Shown here: positions 10,201 to 19,610 of the stretch, piece by piece
Layout of the letters: each line of letters starts with the position of its first letter
Position numbering within the stretch: position 1 is the stretch's first letter
Origin: Psammoneis japonica
Lineage: Eukaryota
Length of the DNA stretch: 64,000 nucleotides
Direction: 5' to 3'
NCBI GenBank assembly: GCA_008632985.1
Contig: QPGO01000102.1
Location: forward strand, 124,001-188,000
Position numbers and translations under genes: made by a program
Notes under the pieces: generated by a model
The model's database searches: none
What the model was told of the DNA's origin: nothing
Seen by the model: the letters and a program-made list of their open reading frames with translations, nothing else

Positions 10201-13018
10201 AGACGAAGTGTCTGCGACTGTAGCCCATTTTGGCGACACACCGTTCTTCCAATGCCAGGCCTTGCACCACCTGTGTCGTCCAACAGCACTGGAGAATCTT
10301 GGTCCGTTTGCGTTTTTCAGTGAACACGAAGTTCTTCGCAACACAAGGAAAAACGAACACGGCATGATGATGTTCGACAACAGAGCGCACAGGCACCCGT
10401 CTTGTGATTCAACGAAGAACAAGTTTCTTCAAGGTGTCAGACAGCGACAGCAACCGCGATTGTTAAAAGTGCTTCAGTGTGATTTTCCTGATGCAGCCAA
10501 GTTTGGCAGTTGCCTTGTAAATCCGCAGCAACCAACAACGCCAGACAAAGAATTGCACTGCAAGTTGGCATTGGCCTTGTTTGCGCCTTGCAGAACAATG
10601 ATGGAACTCAAACCAATGACCCGTGCATGCCTGCGTGAATTCCAACTCTCTGCAGCAGCCGGTGTTGTTGCAGAGGAAAACTTGAACTTCTTGCAGAACC
10701 TGCAGGATGCCAAGTCCAACTGCCTTCGTCTCAAAAGCACATCTGACGATCTGCAAAGAAAGACAGAGCAATTTAGACCTGCTGACGTTGCGTTTGACTG
10801 TTGCGAAAGTGACGAGGAAGAAGGTCTTTCAGGCGCCGTTCAGGGTCAACTGCTGGATGCACTCTTGGAAGAAATGGCAGAGCAGCCAGAAGACGATGAC
10901 ATTGGGTTGAGCGACCAAGCAGTTGTTCCTGCGCATTTGAGCGGCAAACGTGCAAGACAGAAAGGTTCGCACATGGGTGGTTGCAAATGCTTGGCAGACA
11001 TGCACACTGACCCACCAAACGAGGAAAGCCAGGTCAATGAACGACAACTTTTTGAGAATCTAGAGGGCGGCGATGACACCGACGAGGAAGACCAGAATGA
11101 AGGAGTGCAACAACACATCCACAGCAGACCACTGTCAAGAGACGACATTGTTCGAGTGATGCTGACTAGAACGCAAAGAACAAGAAGGTCGTTTGAGGAC
11201 ATGACAGGTTTGGAAGAACACGTCGATGTACGTCAAGCAAACGGATCTGCAGCAAGTGTCATAGACTGGGCTAGGAAAGCAAGACTGGATGGGCAACAGC
11301 AGCGTGCCTTTGAAATTCTGGCAGGAACCTTTGTGCTCACTTGCTGTCAAGACGCTCTTCAAGACGAGACGTCATGCAATGGACTCAATGGGAGAAACAG
11401 CAGACATGAATTCACAACAAACCTTCGCCAATTGAAGAAACTCGTGGAAGTGCAAAGACGTAGAACGTTGCAACTTGTGTGTTTTTTACATGGTGCAGGT
11501 GGAAGTGGCAAATCAACCACAATGGACCTCGTCGTGGAATGCGGAAGAGAGCATTGCTCGCTTGTTGAGCAGCCGTTCACAACAAGCACAATCAGAGTGA
11601 CTGCACTGACCGGAGTGGCTGCCACTGTTCTCAAAGGGGACACAATCCACCGAGTTGCACACCTCATGAGAAGAAAGCAAACAACTGAAGAGCAAATTGA
11701 AGCATGGTCCGACACGAGACTTTTGGTGGTAGACGAGATTTCTTTTGCAAGCAAGAGAGAACTAGAAAAACTCCATGAGAATTTGACAGTGTTGAAGAGC
11801 GAATTAAGCAAGCCGTGCGGTGGCATGAACATTGTTTTCGCAGGTGACCTCAGGCAACTAGAACCAGTCGGAAAAGGAGTGAAACCACTGTGCAAAGATG
11901 TGTGTCCCGAGTTTCACGAGTGGATCAACTGCCACATGGAACTTCATGGTGTGCACAGGTTTAAAGACGATCCATCATGGGGAAAACTGCTCAAGAGATT
12001 CCGCACTGGCAAGATTGCAGTTGACGATGTGGAGCACATCAACGAACGAGCAGTTCAGAATGAAGATGATCTGCCCAGTGACCTCCGCCATGCCACGTAC
12101 GCAAACAAGGACAGAGATGCAATTGACACTGGCCCATTTGAAAAAAGAGTAAAAACACTGCATGGAAGAGATGGAGACGTCCTTGACTCAATGTTGATTT
12201 TCAGTGACGACTTGCAGGTGCAGAATGGCACGAGACTCTGCCAACCATTTCCGGTTTGCAACAGCTTCTGGAACAACTGTGGTGAAGGAGACGTTGTCAT
12301 GCAATCAGGAAGAATGGATCCAGTCTTACGAATTTACAGAGGATGCAGAGTCATGACACCTTTCAACGAAAATGCAGCAAACGGTCAAGCAAACAGAACG
12401 CAAGCCACTGTTGACAAGGTCGTTCTCAAACCAGGACAGGAACCAAGACCAGTGACTTTAGACAACAACATTGGCGTTCCTGCTGTGCTTGCCAGTCAGG
12501 TAGACCACGTTGCATTGGAACACTGCAACAAAAGCATCGACCCCGCGAAGTTTTTAGTTGAGCCAAAAACAAATGCTTTCAGGGCTTGCATCGCCAAGCC
12601 CAGCCTGGCTTTAGAAGAAGGCGACAAACAAAGGCACACTTTCCAACTGAAGGCAACCCAGCTGCCGTTTGTCATCAACAATGCCACTGCAGGGCACAAA
12701 CTGCAAGGGAGTGGAGCCCCGCAGTTGTTTGTACACTCTTGGAGCTGCACTCAGAATTGGGTGCATGTTGTGCTCTCCAGAGTAAAGACCAGAGAAGGGC
12801 TGTTCATGCGAAAGCCACTGAGCAAGGACCTGCGAAAATGCAAGGTCCCAGAAGGCTACGAAGCCTTGACAAGACTCATGAAGGAGAGAAGCGCCGCGCA
12901 TTTTTCTCAGCAACAGTGCGCAGAAACATCAATGCAGTGCGCAAACATTGGATTAGGATGCTCAACCACTGCACAACCATTTGGCGACCCCAACCGTAAA
13001 AATGCGGAAATTTTGTAA
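7285..13018 (+). pseudogene. Helitron-type Rep/helicase (DUF6570-like N-terminus, HUH Rep, PIF1 helicase), TA-scarred
   Basis: N-terminal 'CLVCG' and 'ANNCCFGTPPHELLSPTEVELAML' in interrupted frames 7285-7959. The 1705-aa ORF 7901-13018 has Rep motif 1 'FLTVSPDD', motif 2 'VEEQGRLTVHGHMQIW' and motif 3 'HTIKHILK' (YxxKY expected). Helicase motifs: 'HGAGGSGKS', 'VVDEIS', 'FAGDLRQLEPV', 'HRFKDD', 'AGHKLQG', 'HVVLSRVK'. Confidence 0.9.
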
Positions 13019-13083
13019 AATGAAATGTTTCGATTAGATCAGCACATTGCGCAGAAATCTGCACATGCGTCACACAACGTTGA

Positions 13084-13554
13084 ATGGATTTTAACCAACA
13101 AACCAAGAAACGCGAACGCAACCGTCACAGAAAACGCAGCAACAGAGAAAACATGGATTTGCAACAACAAACAAAGAAGGCAGACGAGCCAAAGAAAACT
13201 GGTGAGGACAACAAAAAGGTGCAGACACATGCGGAACTTCTTCAGTCATTGATGAATGAGGAAGACGAAGAGGAGATCACCTTGGAAGAAGCAAGAGCGG
13301 CGTTTGACCTTGCTTCAGGAAATTTTGATGTCACTTCTGCACTTGTGCAAGACAACACGACAGTGGACAGTCATCATGTGGAAACAACGGTCACGCCCAA
13401 GGATGATTCAACCATGGAGGAGCTAAAGGCAGCACATGCAGCGGCGATTCCACAGCGGTCGGGGAGATTTTTCACCGAGGAGGAGATGGCGGAGCAGGAG
13501 AAGGAGCAAGCAAAGTCCCTTCAGAAGAAGCATGGCCAGAAAGAATGGAATTGA
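13084..13554 (+). CDS. Small acidic hypothetical protein
   Basis: 156-aa ATG-initiated ORF immediately downstream of RepHel, in a block where stop codons are depleted, so weak evidence. Confidence 0.3.
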   Translation: MDFNQQTKKRERNRHRKRSNRENMDLQQQTKKADEPKKTGEDNKKVQTHAELLQSLMNEEDEEEITLEEARAAFDLASGNFDVTSALVQDNTTVDSHHVETTVTPKDDSTMEELKAAHAAAIPQRSGRFFTEEEMAEQEKEQAKSLQKKHGQKEWN

Positions 13555-14496
13555 GCAAATTGCAAACAACTGTTTGGCAAAGACAACCGCATCAATGCGT
13601 GAAATGCATGCACATGGACTTTCACTTAAGCCGCCGCGGATTGAGCATGGCCACAAATGAGGACTGGCCATTTGGCAAAGAAACTGCAACAATGCGTAAA
13701 TTTCGTACATTTCCACATTCACTTAATCCAACGCAGCTTGCCTCAGACAACATCAACATGCACAACTGGACAACATCAACACACACAGACAGCCTCATGA
13801 AACCTCACAGAAGACAGAACGGTCAGAAGCAAAACAACCAGCACCACGCACTAACGCATGTCAGTCATGTCGCGTGGGTCGCGCAAAAGCGCGCACCGAA
13901 ACGACCGTCATGTGTCACAACCAATTCGAACGCCCGGCGCAAAATGCAGCAAAATGATTGGTGCAGGCAATCGTCATGGCTTTTTTTTCTGACAGCAGCG
14001 AGGGCGGCAATCCAAAATCTTTCGGCTTCAGACTTCGATCTAGAGAGTTCCACCTAAAAGAGGAGGAACCAATTGTTGGTGCTTGCCTTTGACAGAAAAA
14101 ACGCGCGTCAGTCGCCTGTTTCCTCTCCAGCGTCTTTTGGTGCAAAAAATGCTTGGGCTTTGTGTGCGATTTCAGAAAAAAAGATGAGGTTTGCTCTGAA
14201 AATGCGACGGAGGCGCATGGTTGCATGGAATGCTGCAGAAGCGTGAGACAACAATGGCGCACTGAAGCCCTGCCTGCATCGGTGTTTGGATTGGTCTGTC
14301 CCCTTGACAACACCTCTGCAGTGCCTTGCTGCAGTTCATAGAGTGGGGCCCCACCTGTGTGCTCAGTCTACGAACAGACACAGCACAGGGTGCCGCGCGC
14401 ACTGTGTTGCCCAAACTCATCATTGTCCACAAGAACCACGGCTTTGGAAAAGAATTGCATGCCGCGCATCAACCAAAGTGACTCCAGAGAGGGAAT

Positions 14497-15395
14497 TCAA
14501 AGTGCTTCACTTTTTTGTTTTTGATTCTCAGTGTGAGATGGCTTGATTGGAGAAGGCTTTTCCTTGAGGAAGTGGCAAATCAAGTCAGGCTCTTTTCGCG
14601 TGTGCGCCAACACCTTTGCCCACAAAGCATCAGGGACCCCAGACTTTTGCAACAAGGAACTTTCTTCCTTTTTGCAACAATGACAATCCTCAATTTCAGC
14701 ACATCCTCTCTCTCCAACAGTGCGACCCAGAGAATTGACACTTGTTGTTGTGTTTTTTCCTTTGGTGCGCGAGCCATTGTTGCTTTCAATCTGGCACCAC
14801 CAAACTGATTCTCCAGGATGTCGAAACATTTCATCATGTGATTCTTTTGCAACATCTTTCCAGAAGCTCTGGTGCCTTTGATGCCAAATCAATTGCCCCA
14901 GAGTTGCAATGTCTTGGCTCTCTTGTTCTGGGCAAGGACTTTCCCTGTGGCTCTGGCGCCCTCATCTCCCAAAAGATTCTTGATGAGACAAACACACACA
15001 ACTGTGTCATTCTGGGTGAGTCCTTCAAAAAGCTTGTGTGCACCATCATCTTCAATGTCAGTGCCACTCAGAGCCAAACTTCTGATCACATGGTTTGTTT
15101 TCAACATTTCTCCAATGTGCTTTGCGCCCTCATCGCCAATCTGACGATTGCGATCCTCAAGGAAGAGCACATTGACTGAAGTGTTGTTCCTCAATGCCTC
15201 ACACAGAAACCTGATGCCAGTTGGGCCAATGTTGGTGTCAATTGACACCAACCATCTTGGACATGGCAGATGTGGGATCACTTGGGGCAACTGGCACATC
15301 TCTTCATCTCTGACGTTTTTTCCAACGAGTTCAATCCACTCAACATTTGGAACTCTCATGGCCAAGATGTCTTGTAAATCCCTTGAAGATGACAT
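14497..15395 (-). pseudogene. Degenerate copy of the RNI-like LRR gene
   Basis: Aligns to 21266-22153 and 31404-32294 ('DLQDILAMRVPNVE...EPDLICHFLKEKP'). Premature TGA at 14889 derives from CGA; frameshifts; Tyr read as Cys/His. Confidence 0.9.
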
Positions 15396-16829
15396 TTTGT
15401 CAGAGGTGTCAATGACAAGAAAATGAGCAAGCACCTTAAGAGGACAGCAGACAACAATGATGGTGAGTGTGTCATGTGACTCAGTGACTTTCCATGGTCT
15501 GCATCAAGAGTTTGGAGTTTTCGAGGGAAATGGCATGGGCAGTGGGCTGAGTGGTTTGAGCACAGTGCACCCACTCAATCTGCAATCCACGATGACACAA
15601 CGACAATTGGACACTTTGCTGGGTGGCCTTGTCTCATTGTCTTGGCACAAACAGAGTGACCACAAAGTGCTCTGTTCTCTAGAATGATGAGCATCACTTT
15701 GCCACTCTTCAAGAGAAGAACATCTGTGGCATTCTTGGGCTTTGGTTGGATGTTCATTTTGCTGGAAAGCCAACAGGACACCTGGCAGCACCCCCATGCA
15801 AGCACTGCAAAGTGCCCCACCAGCATCATCTTCATCATGTCTTGCACCTCTCTGACCAACTTGTTGACAGCACTTGCCACCCACAAATGGTCTGGTGCAG
15901 CAAGCAGAGAGCGCGCACCATCTCACACCACATTTGACCACCATCAACAACAACAATGCTTGCTCCTGTCTTTGCAGCTTGCAATCTGGCTCTTGATGAG
16001 CAGACAAAGCTGGGGTCATTTTGTTTGCAGCCCACCCAGATGCTTGTGCAATGCAGAGTGACAATGAATCAAGGCACAGGGGCTCACATTTTGAGCTTTG
16101 CCATGGCCGCCCTCTGACAATTGTGAGGCCGAGCAAGGGCATGCAGAGAAAAAGAAAGCCAGAAGTGCTTTTGGCTTTTTTGGGAAGTTGAGCTGAAAGA
16201 AAGTGGTTCTTTGGATGACTTGGAGTTGATGAGGGTTGATGGTCATTGGACAAGGTCAGCCAGCCTGCACCTCACAAGCTGAGCCCACTGTCTCTTGAGG
16301 CATGAGAAAAGAAGGTGTGGTCTGTCTCATGTGGCCCAAGAAGAGACACACATGTTGTCAACTTTCTAGCTCCACTCAACCTCAGTGTGGCAGCAAGCCA
16401 GCTGGAGATTGGTGCACAATGTGCAACCAGCCAAGATCAAGATTGTTGATCTGTCCATGAGTGCAGGAGTGGACACCTCAAACAAAGACTGCACCATGCC
16501 CAGATGGGGGGATGTGAAGCTCAGAACAGAGAATGCAACAGCTGACATCCTCAGCCCAAAGGATGTGAAAAGCAAGCAGTGTGACATGTGACAACAGAGT
16601 GGAAGGGGCAAGTTCTGGCTGTTGGGCAAGAAGACTGGCAAGCAAGTCATGGCATTCAGAGTTGACAATGTTGGGCTGCACATGTTTGCACCAAGCCAGC
16701 AACTCTTTCACTGCACAAAAGAGCTTTGAGCAAGTGAGCTGCATGTGAGCATGCTGTCAAAGAAGGAGAAGAAGAAGAAGAAGAACAGTCCCAAGCAACT
16801 TGCACAAATGGAAATGTTGTGAAAGTGAC

Positions 16830-18070
16830 ACCCACTCAATCTGTGATCCACGATGGTGTGCTGACAACAACAACAACCACGCAAGTGAGAACAGTGAGCC
16901 ACAAAACAACACATCAGCTGGAAGCAACTCTTTGCCACAATGGCCAACTGCAGCCACCAAAAATGACATTTCCCAGTTGGTCAAAGAGGCTGGAGCCTTG
17001 TTGGGTGCAGCAATCACCCAGGTGCCTTGCTTGCCCCCTCTTCAAGCACAAAAACAGCCCCCCCCCCCCCCCTCCCAAGGCACATGTGCAGCTCTTTTGC
17101 TGCAACAGCCCTGGCTCTTCTTTCAAATTTGTTTTTTCTGTGGCTTTCACATTTCTGCTCTCTCAGCTCAGAGGAGCATGTCTTGTCAAGAGCCAGCAGC
17201 GGTGTCTCCTGGGTTGTGTTGACAACATTGATGAGGTTGCTCTTTCTGCCCATGTTGAGAGCACAATGGGTCCCATGCTGAGATCTCTTGGGGTCAATTG
17301 CATCATGGACCATTTGGCTCTTGTGGGAAATGGGTTGATGAGCCAAACATGTGATGGCTTGTTCAAGTCAGTTCAGCACATGTGATGGCCTTGGCTGGCT
17401 CTGATCAAAAGTCTTGCAAAAGGCTTGTCTGGGAGGAGTGCAAGCAATGCACAGCCATGGTGAGCAGGACCTTTCAAGAACCTGGCTTGCCTGAAAAAAA
17501 TTGTGCCATGGGCTCAACAAGCAAGTGTCTTGCAGCCAAGCAGTTGCAGACTCAAAAAGCAGTGTGGAAATGCTGGCAAGCCATCACATTGCAGAGAATC
17601 AGCTTGGTCTGCATGTGCTGTGTGGCATGTCTGGCTGCACCAAGCACTTGCCAAGAGTCCTCCAGCCAAGTTTGTCTTAAGGTCTGACTTGTTGGACAGA
17701 GATGGGGCTGTTGCAAAAGTTGCATCTCTGCTTTGTCAAGCCACCCAAGATGAGTTTTTTGAAGTGTGGCATCAACAAGTGGTTGCTGACACCTCAGCAG
17801 ACAGGTGGCACACGTGCTTCCCCTCCAGCACCAGCCAAAAGTCTTCTGAGCTTGCCAACCATGCATGTGTGCAGTCCCATTTGTGTGTGCCAGTGTCTGG
17901 AGTGTGAGCATCCCATGAGGTCTGGCCTTCTTCACAGCCCACAGCACCAGACAAAAAACTCCAGTTTGGTTGGTCCAGGTTGATTTTCAAGCCTCGGAGG
18001 AACACAGCAGCAAGGTCCATGGGTGTGGCATGGAAACCAAAAAGTCAGCTCAAGGTGCTGGTGCATGTGC
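16830..18070 (+). pseudogene. Degenerate copy of the 5' UTR and 5' coding region of the HEATR5-like gene
   Basis: 16962 aatgacatttcccagttggtcaaagaggctggagccttgttgggtgcagcaatcacc aligns to the start of 31126(-). Homology continues to about 'FVLKSALEDKA...DKFPEVRQ'. Confidence 0.85.
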
Positions 18071-18721
18071 AGAAGGCAGAGCTTGTGACCATTTGCAAAA
18101 CAAGTGCCAAGAGCAGCACCTGGCAAAAGATCAAGTGGCACCAACAGACATGGCTGAAGAGCATTTTTTGCACTCTGCTGTCAGGTTGCAGAACTGGGCT
18201 TCATGGCACCTGTGCCAATGTCATTCACCTCAACTTGGCATCATCACCAACAGGTGACACCAACCCCAGCTGATTCTTTTGCCTTTCTGCACCACACCAT
18301 CTGTTGCAACGGAAGTGTGTGCGGGTCAACCTGCGGCACTGTTGTTGGCACAATGGCGCAACACCAGTGCTCTGGACTGGGTCCAGTTTTTTCAACACCA
18401 CTGGAGCTTGCTGCAGCTGTGGCCTTTGCATTGCTGCTGGCACTCACAGCAGCCAGAGCCCTGGTGCTGTTGGCACTCACAGAGGTTTTTGCACAAAACT
18501 GGCACCGGGAGTGGTTGGAGCCTTCTTGATGCTGCTGGCACTTGTTGTGGAGGTTGGAGAGCCTTCACATTGCTGTCATGGTTGGGGCCTTTGTGCTGTT
18601 GACCTTTGCTGCAGTTGAAGCCTTCTTTGTGTTGCTGGAACTTGCAACAGTTGGAGCTTTTGAGCCACTGGTGCTCATGGCTGTGGCATTTGTGGCAGTC
18701 AAAGCCTTGGAGCTTCTGGCA

Positions 18722-19440
18722 TTTGCAGAGGTTAGAAACTTTTTGCACAGATGGCACTCACTGGGGGTGGATTTCTGCTGTTGGTTGTCCCGCCACATCT
18801 TCCTCTGCTTTGGAGAAATGATCATGACAAACCACAAAGGAGCAACAAACCAGAAGCAAACCACCAAGCTTTCTTGAGCAAAATGACAAGAATGACCACA
18901 AGTTGCCCAGCCCACCAGTGTTTTGTCAACTTCTTTGAAAAAAATCCTTGTCCAGTGCCCACACAATGAAGAGCAATGCTGCACCATTGTTCAATTGTTT
19001 TTCTCTCCTTGCATGTTGGTGAGTGCAGTGCTGGCACATCACAGTTGTAAAGTGGCGCCAACAGACATGGCTGAAAAGAGCATTTTTTGCACTCTGCTGT
19101 CGGGTTGCAGAACTGGGCTTCATGGCACCTGCAGAGGTTAGAAACTTTTTGCACAGATGGCATTCATCAGGGGTGGATTTCTGCCATTGGTTGTCCCACC
19201 ACATCTTCCTCTGCTTTGGAGAAATGATCATGACAAACCACAAAGGAGCAACAAACCAGAAGCAAACCACCAAGCTTTCTTAAGCAAAATGACAAGAATG
19301 ACCACAAGTTGCCCAGCCCACCAGTGTTTTGTTGACTTCTTTGAAAAAAGATCCTTGTCTAGTGCCCACACAATGAAGAGCAATGCTGTGCCATTGTTCA
19401 ATCATTTTTCTCTCCTTGCATGTTGAGTGCAGTGCTGGTG
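18722..19440. repeat. Direct repeat, ~310-bp copies at a 406-bp period; 19048-19130 also repeats 18130-18212
   Basis: gcagaggttagaaactttttgcacagatggca... at 18725 and 19131, near-identical through ...tgcagtgctgg. Confidence 0.9.
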
Positions 19441-19454
19441 CATCGCAGCTGTCA

Positions 19455-19610
19455 GTTGTTGTTGTTGTTGTTGTTGTTGGTGTTGGTGTTGGTGGTGTTG
19501 GTGGTGGTGGTGTCAGCCATTGTTGTTGCTGTTGTTGCTGTTGTTGTTGTTGCCGCTGTTGTTGTTGTTGTTGTTGTGTTGGTCGTGGTGTTGTTGCTGT
19601 TGTTGTTTCA
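19455..19610. repeat. Compound (GTT)n/(GGT)n microsatellite
   Basis: Direct reading of the sequence. Confidence 0.95.

Larger units (their letters stand above)
1..14330. mobile_element. Putative large Helitron-type element with cargo genes (termini not identified; probably extends left of the window)
   Basis: Contains a HUH-Rep/PIF1 gene (about 7285-13018). The neighbouring compact ORFs share the same TA-depleted, CG-retaining composition. The right boundary is placed where homology to the host LRR cassette begins (about 14330). Confidence 0.55.

Noticed and set aside
7901..13018. Alternative genetic code explaining the lack of Tyr
   Set aside because: Host genes in the same window use TAT/TAC normally, and non-coding paralogous DNA shows the same TA loss.
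13900..14330. Helitron 3' terminus (CTAG at about 14040; imperfect inverted repeat at about 14166-14205)
   Set aside because: No convincing GC-rich hairpin at the expected distance from a CTRR; cannot be called from one copy.
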